Shown piece by piece: positions 7,470 through 17,169 of a stretch of 26,223 nt of DNA. Position numbers and translations under genes: made by a program. Within the stretch, counting starts at the first letter, position 1. Every line of letters begins with the position of its first letter. The DNA lies in the IMG/VR virus record IMGVR_UViG_3300020042_006073, positions 1 through 26,223 of that record, one strand, 5' to 3'. This DNA comes from a virus (taxonomy: Duplodnaviria; Caudoviricetes). The notes under the pieces were generated by a model that saw only the letters and a program-made list of their open reading frames with translations, did no database searches and had not been told where the DNA came from.

Positions 7470-9754
7470 CAACGGTCAGCCTGACAGCCAAAATTGAAAC
7501 TGAAGGCGCTGCAAAAGCAACATCAGAACTTGATAAGTTTGCCAAGTCAGCTGAAAAAACTGATGCAAAGGTGAATGGCCTTTCAAAAGAACTGAAAGAA
7601 CTTGCAAACAAGCAATTTGGAAGCGTTGGTTCAGGTTTGGCATCATTGGCCACAAGCTTCAACAGAACGGCTGGCGTTGCAATAGCGGCCTTTTCAGCTT
7701 CAATGATTGCTGTTGCAGTAAAGTCAGCGGCGGCTGAAGATGCAATTGCAGATTTATCAGAGCAATCAGGCATTGCTGTTGATAGATTCAAGGAACTTTC
7801 CTTTGCCTTCAAAACTGTTGGCCTTTCACAAGAAAGCCTTGCAGATACTTCCAGAAAAGTAACCAATGAACTTGGCCAGTTTGCGCAATCAGGCGCTGGC
7901 GGGTTCAAAGCCATATTTGATGCACTGGCCGGCAAAGTTGATCTAACAGCTGACAGTTTGAAAAACCTTTCAGGCGCTGAAGTTCTTCAAAAGGTTAAAA
8001 CAGCGCTGGATCAGGCAAACATTCCATTGCAACAACAGGGATTTTTGCTTGATGGATTGGCGCGCGGAACTTCAAAGCTTATTCCTTTGCTGGCTGATGG
8101 CGGCGCTAAAATGGAAGCGGCGGCGGCACAATATCGAAAGTTCAATGATGAAATCAAGATTTCTGGCACACAATCGGCGGCGCTTGGTGTTGTTGCTGAT
8201 CAGTTTGATCTGTTGAAAACCACAATGGGAAATGCAGCAACATTTTTTGTTTCATCATTTGCACCGCAATTGAAAAGCGTTATTGATTGGGTTCTGATGA
8301 ATGTGCCAACAGCAACGCGAACAATTACAAGTTTTTTCCAATCTTTTCTGGACACTAAAAACAAAACTGATCTTGATGCCTTGCAAGTTGAACTTGTAAA
8401 AACTGAAAGCTTTGTGAATAAGCTGTCAGCCAGCGTGGAAGAATTTCAAAAAACAGGCAAGATGAAATCCGGCAAGGTTTTTGGCTTCAGTGATTTTGCC
8501 AGCGCTGATGAAATAAACACTGTTATTGGCAACTATGAAAAAGGACTGGCCAAGATTGCAGAAATTCGCGCCAAAATGGAAGCCGTGAAAGCGCAAAACA
8601 AAACGCCTGAAATCATCACGCCAGCGGCTTCAAGTTCTTTTGAAAATAATGATGCAAGGCAAAAGGCGCTTGAAGATTCCATGCAAAATGAGCTTGATTG
8701 GTATCAATCACGCCTTGATGCTTTCAATGCCTTCATTGAAGAAACTGACAAGCTTGGAAAGTCTGAAATTGAACTGATCAACATGAACGAAAGAAAGCGC
8801 CTTGAAACGCTTGATTCATTCCGTTCTGATGATGTTGATGGACTGGAAAGAAGTGAAGGCGCTAAAAAAGCAATTATTCTTCAGGCTGAAAGGGAAAGGA
8901 AAGCGCTTTTTGAATCACAGCAAAAGGCCGGCACTGATTACCTGAACCAGCTTGCAACGGATGGCATGACTGAATTGCAGATGATTGATGAAAGAGCGCG
9001 CCAAAAGTTTGAAAAGTTGCGTGAAATTCAAACAGCTGAAGCTTCGCTGATTTGGCAGAATGAAGAACAGAAAAACGCCAGATTTCAGCAATTTGAAGAT
9101 GCCAGAACAGCCATCAGTGAACAGGCGGCAAAGGAAAGAGAACAGCTGACCTATGCACAAAATCAGCTGGCTATTGCTGCAGGTGCGCAATTGTTTGGTT
9201 CACTTGCAAACCTTCAAAAAACATTTGGCAAAGAATCAAGCAGTGCTTATAAAGTTTTATTCGGTATTCAACAAGGCTTTTTGCTTGCACAAGCTGGCCT
9301 TGCAATTGCTGCAGCGCTTCCAATGTCAGCCGTTGATCCAACAGCGCCAACATTGACTGAAAAACTATCTCACGCGGCTGTGCTTGGCGGTGCAATCACT
9401 TCAGCTATTGGCCAGCTTGCCAGCGTTGCTTACAATCCGCGTGAACAAGGCGGCCAGTTTTCAGCCGGCCAAACAATGCTTGTTGGTGAAAGAGGCGCTG
9501 AACTCGTAAGGTTTGGCAGCAATGGAAGAATTGCAAATCATGGTGATACAAAAAGCATGATGTCAGGCGGCGGCAATGTGACAATTATCAACCAAACTTC
9601 AGGCCGGATTGATAAAACTGAAGTTCAGCAACAATCAAACGGTGATTTGATCATCATTGCAAAAGAAGTTTTGAATCGTGAGGCGGCAAACCCGAACAGC
9701 GAATTCAATCGAACATTAGATAGAACAAGAAACGCACCAAGAAGGGTGACATGA
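7466..9754 (+). CDS. Tail tape measure protein
   Basis: 762 aa, Ala-rich and helical, with C-terminal REQGG...GQTMLVGERGAEL. Follows the chaperones. Confidence 0.93.
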   Translation: MTTVSLTAKIETEGAAKATSELDKFAKSAEKTDAKVNGLSKELKELANKQFGSVGSGLASLATSFNRTAGVAIAAFSASMIAVAVKSAAAEDAIADLSEQSGIAVDRFKELSFAFKTVGLSQESLADTSRKVTNELGQFAQSGAGGFKAIFDALAGKVDLTADSLKNLSGAEVLQKVKTALDQANIPLQQQGFLLDGLARGTSKLIPLLADGGAKMEAAAAQYRKFNDEIKISGTQSAALGVVADQFDLLKTTMGNAATFFVSSFAPQLKSVIDWVLMNVPTATRTITSFFQSFLDTKNKTDLDALQVELVKTESFVNKLSASVEEFQKTGKMKSGKVFGFSDFASADEINTVIGNYEKGLAKIAEIRAKMEAVKAQNKTPEIITPAASSSFENNDARQKALEDSMQNELDWYQSRLDAFNAFIEETDKLGKSEIELINMNERKRLETLDSFRSDDVDGLERSEGAKKAIILQAERERKALFESQQKAGTDYLNQLATDGMTELQMIDERARQKFEKLREIQTAEASLIWQNEEQKNARFQQFEDARTAISEQAAKEREQLTYAQNQLAIAAGAQLFGSLANLQKTFGKESSSAYKVLFGIQQGFLLAQAGLAIAAALPMSAVDPTAPTLTEKLSHAAVLGGAITSAIGQLASVAYNPREQGGQFSAGQTMLVGERGAELVRFGSNGRIANHGDTKSMMSGGGNVTIINQTSGRIDKTEVQQQSNGDLIIIAKEVLNREAANPNSEFNRTLDRTRNAPRRVT

Positions 9755-10242
9755 TGGCCAATTTTCCAACACTATTGAAGCCTGTTGTTTCACAAGGTTA
9801 TTCATTTGGAGCGGCAAATAATGTGCTGATCCAGCCTGTTGCTGGCGGTTTGCCGCTGATGATTCTGGATTATAAAACAGCGGCTGTTGCCTTTGATGTT
9901 TCATTGATCCTGACACCGCTAAGAATGCAAGTTTGGCAAGATTTCTATTATTCAACCATTGCATCAGGAACGGCCAGTTTCAACATGAACCTTGATTCAG
10001 GAAATGGCATTGAAAGCCATGTTTGCAAAATCAACCCTGAAACGGTGAACCACAATTCAGATAATACGCAATTTTATATTGTTACCTTCACAGTGATTGC
10101 TGAAAAAACACCGGCACAAGATGAACCCTTTGGCGGTGTTTTGGCTGAATTGTTTGATATTTATGGCGATGATGTGCCAGCTTTTCTTGGTGTTATCAGC
10201 GACTATTCAAACAACTATTTGCCGGATTGGTGGATGCCATGA
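9751..10242 (+). CDS. Distal tail / minor tail protein
   Basis: First gene after the tape measure. Contains GYSF...N.LIQPVAGG and F.M.LDSGNG. Confidence 0.72.
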   Translation: MMANFPTLLKPVVSQGYSFGAANNVLIQPVAGGLPLMILDYKTAAVAFDVSLILTPLRMQVWQDFYYSTIASGTASFNMNLDSGNGIESHVCKINPETVNHNSDNTQFYIVTFTVIAEKTPAQDEPFGGVLAELFDIYGDDVPAFLGVISDYSNNYLPDWWMP

Positions 10243-10733
10243 CAGCTGCAGAAAAGTTGAGAATCATTCTCACAACATACCCAAAAGGGATTTATACAAT
10301 TGATACGCTGGAAATCACGCATTCATTATTCACAGAACGGTTTTTATTCACGCGTGAACCTTCAGGCATCACCGCAACGCTTGAAACTGGTGAAGTGGTG
10401 AATTTCATAGGCATCAACATTGAATATGAACTGAATCAAAAGCGCGCTGATCTGGATGCCAATTTTTCATTCACAATGGCTGATCCTGATAATCTTCTTG
10501 ATGATCAGCTGGATTTGATCCCTTTTGATAACACAGAACCAATTTTAACAAGTTATCGAGCATACAATTCAGATGATTTGCTTGAACCTTCAGCAATTTA
10601 TCATTTGCAAGTGTTGAATGTTAGCCAGAAAAAAGGATTGTTCACCATTGAATGTGGTGCGCAACAGCTGAACTGGTCAGCAACTGGCAAGATTTATGAT
10701 TATGATACTTTCCCAATGTTGCGGGCTTTATGA
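10239..10733 (+). CDS. Minor tail protein (DUF1833-like)
   Basis: TLEITHSLF, YRAY.SDDL.EP and TGKIY....FPML motifs. ATGA overlap supports the start at 10239. Confidence 0.75.
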   Translation: MTAAEKLRIILTTYPKGIYTIDTLEITHSLFTERFLFTREPSGITATLETGEVVNFIGINIEYELNQKRADLDANFSFTMADPDNLLDDQLDLIPFDNTEPILTSYRAYNSDDLLEPSAIYHLQVLNVSQKKGLFTIECGAQQLNWSATGKIYDYDTFPMLRAL

Positions 10734-11104
10734 TTGAAAAATATATTGGTTTGCCTTATTGCTTGCACAATCGTTTTGGCTTTAATTGCTGGGCTTTTAT
10801 CAGCTTATTTTATGCTGATAATTTTGGCGATACTTTGCAAGATTTTGAAATTGGTTCAGGTTCAGCTTTTGAAATTGCTTCAACTTTTGCGGCGGCTTTT
10901 GCAAATGGCGCGGCTGGTTTTCACAAAGTAGAAACGCCAGAAAACAATGATTTGGCCGTTTTTCACCGTGGCAACCATTTTCATGTTGGCATTTGGATTG
11001 ATGGCAAAATCTTGCACTGTTCAAAACATACGGCTGGCGTATCATATCAAGATATAAAAACGGCTGGCCGTGGCTTCAAAGGGGTTCAATTTTGGCGAAA
11101 ATAA
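10730..11104 (+). CDS. NlpC/P60-family tail tip assembly protein
   Basis: YIGLPY...FNCW (catalytic Cys) and HVGIW...ILH. Confidence 0.85.
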   Translation: MIEKYIGLPYCLHNRFGFNCWAFISLFYADNFGDTLQDFEIGSGSAFEIASTFAAAFANGAAGFHKVETPENNDLAVFHRGNHFHVGIWIDGKILHCSKHTAGVSYQDIKTAGRGFKGVQFWRK

Positions 11105-13761
11105 AGCTATTCACAAAAGATGGAATTCTTGAAAACAAGTTCATCAATATTGATTACGCTGGAAGTGTTGGTGAATTCATTGCTGATTTTTACTATGAAA
11201 AAGAAATTCCTTTTTCTGTTTATGAAGGTGTGCCAAGCCTTGAATCAGATATAACATTCAATGAAGAAAAACTTCTTTCAGGGTTTGGTGAATACACAAT
11301 AATTGAAACGCCTTCAGCAACTTTGGGCGTTGCCGGTGTGCTTGCAATAATTTCAATTGTCATCACTGTTGCCGCAATTCTCTTAATACCAAACCCAAAA
11401 CTACCAGCCAACATAAACAGGCAGCAAGAATCACCAAACAATTCACTAGGTTCTCGCGGCAATCGAGCGCGGCCATTGCAAAGGATACCTGACATAAAAG
11501 GTCAGGTTGTGGCAATTCCTGACGTTATTGCACCAACATACAAAACATATGTTGGCGCTGATGTGTTTGAACATGGTTTTTATTGTGTTGGCCGTGGTGA
11601 AATTGATGTTGATGATGTTCAAGATGGTGACACACCGCTTAACCTGATGACAGGCGCAACAGCTGGCGTTTTTTATCCAAACAGTTCACCAAACAGCGGC
11701 GCGCCACAATTTGTAATTGGTGAATATGTTCAAGAACCAGTTATTTCAGCCTATCGTTCAAATGAAATTGATGGCGTTGATTTGCCGCCAGAACAAGATG
11801 TTGGTGGAATACCAATATTAACTGGTGACACTTATGAACAATTGTTTGTTGATCCGCCTGTTTCTGGCGATATTAATTGCATTGTAGGTTTCCAGTTATT
11901 CGGCACAGCTGTTGCTGGCCAATGGTCAATGTCACTTCAATTTGCAATTGTTGGCGGCTTGAATATTGGATCACCAGATTACTATGAAGGCAATTCTGTT
12001 GTTCTTGAAAACTTTTTTGTTAAAAAAACGCAATTTGGAACACCTGTTAATATTTCAGGAACTTATGAAATTGCTGAAATGATTTCTGTAACGCCAAGTG
12101 CATTCAGTATGTATGTAATACTTCCAGATGATTTTGGTTTTGATAAAGTTCCGCAAGCATGGTATTCACTGAACAATTCAAGCATAAAAACTGTGTTTAG
12201 CACACCGTTCAACCAGTGGTTTTATTTCACAAAAGAACTATTTGATTCAGCGATTGTGAACATCACCGCACCAAATGGCATTTTTCGTGACACTGGCGGC
12301 GCTTCATTGTTGCTGTTGCGAATTGATTATGATCTGGAAGTTCAGGGAATTGAAAAAATTGGTTCTGATTGGGTTGATGATGGAAATGCGCCAATCATTG
12401 TGCAGTCATTTCTGGCTGGCCAATCAACTGCATTGCGTGGCACAACAGTTGAAATTGATTTTGATCGTGCGCAATACTTCAAGATCAGGGTGAAAAGAAC
12501 AACTGACAAGTTTGCACTGTCAGGCACGATTGTTGACAAAACAACCATTGCAGATATTTACGCTGTGAAAAATGTTGATCAGTCTGATTTCGGTGATGTT
12601 ACAACCATTCAAACACTGACAATTGGAAACAGTAGCGCTTCAGCGGTGAAGGAACGGCAATTGAATTGCATGGCAACTGAAAAGCTGTTCAAGTATCTTG
12701 GCAGCGGTGTTTTTGACACTGTGAAAACAAAAAACATTGATGTTGATGGCAACAGTTCAGCTGTTCAATCATTCATCACAGATGCAATTGATCCCTACAT
12801 TGGCAACAGGCAACTTTCAGAAATTGCGGCTGATGATTTGCTGGCGCTTGAAACTGAAATCAATGATTACTTTGGCAACAGTTATCATGCGCAATTCAAC
12901 TTCACTTTTGATTCAACTGAAACAACTTTTCAGGAATACGCGCAAACCATATTCAACGCTATTAACTGCATTGCTTTCCGTGATGGCACAACAATCAGCG
13001 CGCTATTTGAAAAGCCGCAAACAGTGCCGGCCATGCTGTTCACACATCGAAGCAAAAAGCCAAACGCTGAAACGTACACAAGAAAATTCAATCAATCACT
13101 AACAAATGATGGAATTGTTTTTGATTACGTTGATTCAGTCACCAATAAAACCGAATCAATTTATTTGCCTGATGCAAACGCTTTGAACCCTAAAAAGTTC
13201 AACATTGCTGGAATCAGGAATGAACAACAAGCAACCATTCGAGCATATAGGGAATGGAACAAAGTCAGGTATAGGAAAGTTGATTGTTCTGTTGTGGTAA
13301 CAGCTGAAGGCCAGTTCATAAGGCCAAATGATATGATTGCCATTGTTAAAGGAACAAGAACACTTTCATTTGATGGTGAAATTCTGGATCAATCCGGCCT
13401 AACATTAACACTTTCAGCTGATGTTTCTTTCACGCCTTTTGATAGTCATTCAATCACGCTGAAAAATGAAGATGGAACAACTGAAAACATTGTTTGCACA
13501 GCTGGCACTGAATCAAATCAGGTTGTATTGGCATCACCACCAGCGCAAACTTTACGCACTGGCATTGATACAAGAAGAACAGAATTTTCCTTTGGTAATG
13601 ATGCGCGAAAAGAATCAGAAAATTGGCTTATTCAAGAAATTGACATTTCAGAAAAGTGGTTTGTTGCTGTGAAAGGAATCAACTATACTGATCAATATTA
13701 TGCAAACGATGCTGATCAGCTTCGCGCTTTCAGTTCAGCTTTCAGTTCAGCTTTTGGGTGA
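11092..13761 (+). CDS. Central tail hub / tip attachment protein (gpJ-like)
   Basis: 889 aa with SPNNSLG.R.N.AR..QRIPDI.G.V...PD and NP.K....GIRN..QA...A.R.W. Position after the NlpC gene fits. Confidence 0.88.
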   Translation: MAKIKLFTKDGILENKFINIDYAGSVGEFIADFYYEKEIPFSVYEGVPSLESDITFNEEKLLSGFGEYTIIETPSATLGVAGVLAIISIVITVAAILLIPNPKLPANINRQQESPNNSLGSRGNRARPLQRIPDIKGQVVAIPDVIAPTYKTYVGADVFEHGFYCVGRGEIDVDDVQDGDTPLNLMTGATAGVFYPNSSPNSGAPQFVIGEYVQEPVISAYRSNEIDGVDLPPEQDVGGIPILTGDTYEQLFVDPPVSGDINCIVGFQLFGTAVAGQWSMSLQFAIVGGLNIGSPDYYEGNSVVLENFFVKKTQFGTPVNISGTYEIAEMISVTPSAFSMYVILPDDFGFDKVPQAWYSLNNSSIKTVFSTPFNQWFYFTKELFDSAIVNITAPNGIFRDTGGASLLLLRIDYDLEVQGIEKIGSDWVDDGNAPIIVQSFLAGQSTALRGTTVEIDFDRAQYFKIRVKRTTDKFALSGTIVDKTTIADIYAVKNVDQSDFGDVTTIQTLTIGNSSASAVKERQLNCMATEKLFKYLGSGVFDTVKTKNIDVDGNSSAVQSFITDAIDPYIGNRQLSEIAADDLLALETEINDYFGNSYHAQFNFTFDSTETTFQEYAQTIFNAINCIAFRDGTTISALFEKPQTVPAMLFTHRSKKPNAETYTRKFNQSLTNDGIVFDYVDSVTNKTESIYLPDANALNPKKFNIAGIRNEQQATIRAYREWNKVRYRKVDCSVVVTAEGQFIRPNDMIAIVKGTRTLSFDGEILDQSGLTLTLSADVSFTPFDSHSITLKNEDGTTENIVCTAGTESNQVVLASPPAQTLRTGIDTRRTEFSFGNDARKESENWLIQEIDISEKWFVAVKGINYTDQYYANDADQLRAFSSAFSSAFG
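13726..13755 (+). repeat. 12-bp tandem repeat encoding the C-terminal AFSSAFSSAF
   Basis: GCTTTCAGTTCA twice, followed by GCTTTT, just before GGG TGA. Confidence 0.9.
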
Positions 13762-13765
13762 TTAA

Positions 13766-14710
13766 ATGACATTAACAACAACTGATTTTGACAATGCAAA
13801 ACTTGATTTGCAAACTGTTGCTGAAGTTTCAAACGTGGATTTTGCGTTATCAACAACAACAAACAGATCAGGTGATGTGATCAGAACACTACTTGGCCAG
13901 CTGGCTTTGATAGGATACTTGCCGCCTGTTGCCTATGCTGGAGCAATTTCTTTCCTTGTGACTGATAACACCAAAACTGTTGAGCGGTCAGGTGTTGTTT
14001 ATGCGCCAATCCCTTCAGCGTTGCCTTTTACAACAACGGTTTGGGGAACTGATTCAGCAAATTTTTTTGCAATACAACAGGATCAAAACATTGCTGATTT
14101 GGTGACATTAACAGGCCGGCCAGCTAATTCAACGGATATGGGCAATTTCACTGGCCTGATTTTAACGGCTGGCACTGATATAAAAACACTGTTGCAAGAA
14201 CTTGAAACGGCGCTTGAATCAACTGATGATGTTGTTGCTGATCTGAACACACTTTCAGGCGTTGCGGCAAATGCGGTCAATCTTGGCACTTTCACTGGAA
14301 CAACAATTCCAAACAACCAAACCAATAAACAGGCGCTTCAGGCGCTTGAAACGGCGCTTGAATTGCGTTCATCAGGATCATATACACCAACAGAAACGGT
14401 TGTTTCAAACCTTTCAGCTTCAACCCCATACAAAACTTTTTATCAGCGAATTGATAATATTGTGACTTTTTCAGGCGTTATTTTAGTTGATCCAATTATT
14501 GCCGGATCATTTGAATTAAGACTAAGTTTGCCGATTGCCAGTAATTTTGCCAGTTCAGTTGATGCCAGTGGTTCAGCATCACAAAGCGATAATTCAGCGG
14601 CTTGTGTTGTTTATGCTGATGCAACAAACAATGAATTGACACTAAAAGGCAATGCTGGCGGCACTGCATCACTTAACATTTATTTTTCTGGAATGTACGA
14701 AATCATTTAA
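13766..14710 (+). CDS. Tail fibre/spike protein with a tailspike-type N-terminal attachment domain and a duplicated shaft module
   Basis: The N-terminus (GYLPPVAY...VYAP...LPFTTTVWGTD..NF) resembles tailspike N-terminal domains. It has an internal repeat and a beta-rich C-terminus (YQRIDNIVT...LSLPIAS). Confidence 0.72.
   Translation: MTLTTTDFDNAKLDLQTVAEVSNVDFALSTTTNRSGDVIRTLLGQLALIGYLPPVAYAGAISFLVTDNTKTVERSGVVYAPIPSALPFTTTVWGTDSANFFAIQQDQNIADLVTLTGRPANSTDMGNFTGLILTAGTDIKTLLQELETALESTDDVVADLNTLSGVAANAVNLGTFTGTTIPNNQTNKQALQALETALELRSSGSYTPTETVVSNLSASTPYKTFYQRIDNIVTFSGVILVDPIIAGSFELRLSLPIASNFASSVDASGSASQSDNSAACVVYADATNNELTLKGNAGGTASLNIYFSGMYEII
14093..14362 (+). repeat. Internal 42-aa repeat with a 144-bp period
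   Basis: ADLVTLTGRPANSTDMGNFTG...LQELETALE versus ADLNTLSGVAANAVNLGTFTG...LQALETALE. CTTGAAACGGCGCTTGAA is identical at 14201-14218 and 14345-14362. Confidence 0.9.
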
Positions 14711-14721
14711 AGGTGAAAAAC

Positions 14722-15009
14722 ATGGCACAAGATTCGGGAATATTAACGGCTGTTGATGGCGTTGCTTTTACTTTTCCAGCGGGTGGAAAAACACTAGAAC
14801 CCTATTTCTTTCACACCGTTTCAATTGAACAGGCCAGCGGAGCAACTGTTGCTGTTGCCTTTGATTACGGTTTTGGCTTTGTTGATAGTTCAGCTGTCAC
14901 AACAAACACAACTTTCATTGCACCAGCTGTGAAAAAATTACGGATAACAGCAACTGGCGCTGATTGTGATTTCAGAGTTTATTCAGCTGATCAAATAGGC
15001 GGTGTTTAA
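14722..15009 (+). CDS. Small beta-rich virion protein, hypothetical
   Basis: AGGTGA precedes ATG 14722. It is tightly packed in the fibre cluster. Confidence 0.55.
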   Translation: MAQDSGILTAVDGVAFTFPAGGKTLEPYFFHTVSIEQASGATVAVAFDYGFGFVDSSAVTTNTTFIAPAVKKLRITATGADCDFRVYSADQIGGV

Positions 15010-15374
15010 TGACTTCAGAAATCAGTAAAAAACTTGCGCCTGTTCTTGGTGTTGGCCTAACAACCATTGTTAGTGGTTCAAATGCCAATGGCAGCTATCA
15101 AATAACATATGTTGATGGCGTTATAACAAGGGTTTGGCAACGAACTGTTTATGCTTTAACTGGCAATCTTACAGTTAGAACATTGCCAATTTCTATGCCT
15201 GATAATGATTATGCAAAAATTTGCGCGGTTGCTGATTTTGGTAACACAGATTTTGTTATGTATGCACCTGCTTTCACAGTTAGCACAATTACGCCAACAT
15301 TAAGAACAGCATCGTCAAATGTTATACCATCGGCCGGAAATCATGCTTTTATAGTTGAATGGGTGAAAATATGA
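15009..15374 (+). CDS. Stand-alone tail-fibre tip domain (gp53-like)
   Basis: GSNANGSY....DG....WQ and TLPISM...DY match motifs usually found at fibre C-termini. Confidence 0.6.
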   Translation: MTSEISKKLAPVLGVGLTTIVSGSNANGSYQITYVDGVITRVWQRTVYALTGNLTVRTLPISMPDNDYAKICAVADFGNTDFVMYAPAFTVSTITPTLRTASSNVIPSAGNHAFIVEWVKI

Positions 15375-15577
15375 GATACATCGACACTGCTAATAAAAAT
15401 GAATTTTTGATTGGATATTCTGGCGAAATGAACCAAAACATTTTGGCCGATGATGGTTCAAACTGCTTTTTTAATCCAGTTCCTGAACATAAAGTTTTGG
15501 TTTGGGTAGTTGGTGAATTGCCAACTTTGCGAGATATGACGCCAGAAGAAATTGCAGCTTTGCCACAGCCTGAGTAA
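15371..15577 (+). CDS. Small fibre-associated / assembly protein
   Basis: ATGA-coupled to the previous gene. Ends LRDMTPEEIAAL, typical of fibre companion proteins. Confidence 0.5.
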   Translation: MRYIDTANKNEFLIGYSGEMNQNILADDGSNCFFNPVPEHKVLVWVVGELPTLRDMTPEEIAALPQPE

Positions 15578-15583
15578 AAAAAC

Positions 15584-15982
15584 ATGACAACATTAGTAGG
15601 TAAAATTTTTCCAAGTGCTTTGCAAAGCGGTGTTATTGATGCCGCGCTTTCAGAAAAAATAACTGTTATATCTTCAACTGCTGGCGTTGTATCTATTGAT
15701 TTAAGCTTGGCAACGCCAAACTATGTTTTGACGCTAACAGAAAATGTCACAAGCTGGAATTTTACTAATCCGCCAGCCAGCGGCTATATGAAAGAAATCT
15801 TGATAACTATTATACAACACGCCAGTTCAGCCAAAACAGTAGTTACGCCAGCTTCAGCAGGCAGAACAGCAGGCGGTTTGGCATGGGTAGCAAGCACGGT
15901 ATTATCCAGCCGTGAATGCTTGGTGATGCATTGTTTTAGCGATGCCACAAGGACTCTATTCCCAACTGGCGTGATGGTGTAA
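15584..15982 (+). CDS. Small fibre-type beta domain protein
   Basis: SIDLS...YVLTLTENVT.WNFTNPPASG....I.I.I.Q pattern, seen in phage structural proteins. Confidence 0.55.
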   Translation: MTTLVGKIFPSALQSGVIDAALSEKITVISSTAGVVSIDLSLATPNYVLTLTENVTSWNFTNPPASGYMKEILITIIQHASSAKTVVTPASAGRTAGGLAWVASTVLSSRECLVMHCFSDATRTLFPTGVMV

Positions 15983-15984
15983 AC

Positions 15985-17169
15985 ATGAGTGCGGTAGCGC
16001 AACTTGCAACACGTAGAGCGATTACACAGGCGTTTAACATTAACTATAATGAAAAGCTAACGGCATTACCCGCAAGGCTAACAGCGTTAAGTGCTACATA
16101 TACTCGAAATACTGCAAAGAATGTATTGCAAGATGGTGCGTTAGTTGCGCTTGCCAATAACCAGTTCGGTACATCTTACGACCCTGTAACTGGCAAGTAT
16201 TCTTTTCAATGTGAATTGGCTGCAACTAACCTTGCTACTCACTCAGAAGGCGCGGCGGCTAACTGGACTGTTAGTAATGTTGTTGATGGTACTACTTTTT
16301 TTGGAAGAACTAATGCTCTGTATTTTGGTGATAATTCATCTGCAAGGTCAGCAAATAAAACTGTAACTTTAACATCAGGCACAACTTACACTGTTTCTGT
16401 TTACGTAAAAATGGACGATGGCCTTGCTCCGGTAGTCGGAACATCTAACATAACAGGCGATTTCTGCTTAGAATCACAGGCAACGATACATTCAGCCGCT
16501 GCGTTAATTGTTGATTGTGGCAATGGTGTATATAGGGTTTCATCTGCAAGAGCGGCTACGGCTACAGGTGCGACTACATGCGGAATATCTAAGGCCACAG
16601 GACAATCTGCAAGGCCATTCCACATAACAGCTATTCAAGTTGAAACAGGCGTAAAAGCCACAAGCTACATACTAACAGGCGCAGGAACAGCTACAAGAAA
16701 CAAGGATGATTTAATTGTGCCTATGGCTAATGTTGTTGGGTTTACTCCGAGTGGTTATTCTATGTATGCGGAAGTGAGGCAGGATACAGCCACAGGAGTT
16801 GCTTGTGAAATTATTACTGTTAGCGATAACACGGTAAATAATAGGGCAATTCTTAGGTATAGCACCGGCAGCGCAGGGCAAACACTTACAATTAGCGGCG
16901 GGGTTAATGATGGTTCATCTTTAGGGTCAGTGGCGGGCGTATCTTTTACAAAGGTGTGCGCTTCACTGTCTGCTAATTCTCTCAAAATATCATGTAATGG
17001 CGGTGCTGTAGGTACTGACTCATCAATGACAATGCCAGTAGGTACGATGACGGATATAAACATAGGCAGCGCTCCTAATGAGACAGTACAATTCAACGGC
17101 TACATTTTCCGTACTCAGCTAATAATGAAAACACTAACAGATGGTGAATTGAGAGCATTAACAGCATGA
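15985..17169 (+). CDS. Spike/fibre protein with carbohydrate-binding-like and LamG/ConA-like domains
   Basis: Contains TYTR...., E.AATNL, TYTVSVYVK, G.GVYRVS, QVETG..ATSYI.T......TR..D and C-terminal FNGYI.....LTD.EL..LT. Confidence 0.7.
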   Translation: MSAVAQLATRRAITQAFNINYNEKLTALPARLTALSATYTRNTAKNVLQDGALVALANNQFGTSYDPVTGKYSFQCELAATNLATHSEGAAANWTVSNVVDGTTFFGRTNALYFGDNSSARSANKTVTLTSGTTYTVSVYVKMDDGLAPVVGTSNITGDFCLESQATIHSAAALIVDCGNGVYRVSSARAATATGATTCGISKATGQSARPFHITAIQVETGVKATSYILTGAGTATRNKDDLIVPMANVVGFTPSGYSMYAEVRQDTATGVACEIITVSDNTVNNRAILRYSTGSAGQTLTISGGVNDGSSLGSVAGVSFTKVCASLSANSLKISCNGGAVGTDSSMTMPVGTMTDINIGSAPNETVQFNGYIFRTQLIMKTLTDGELRALTA

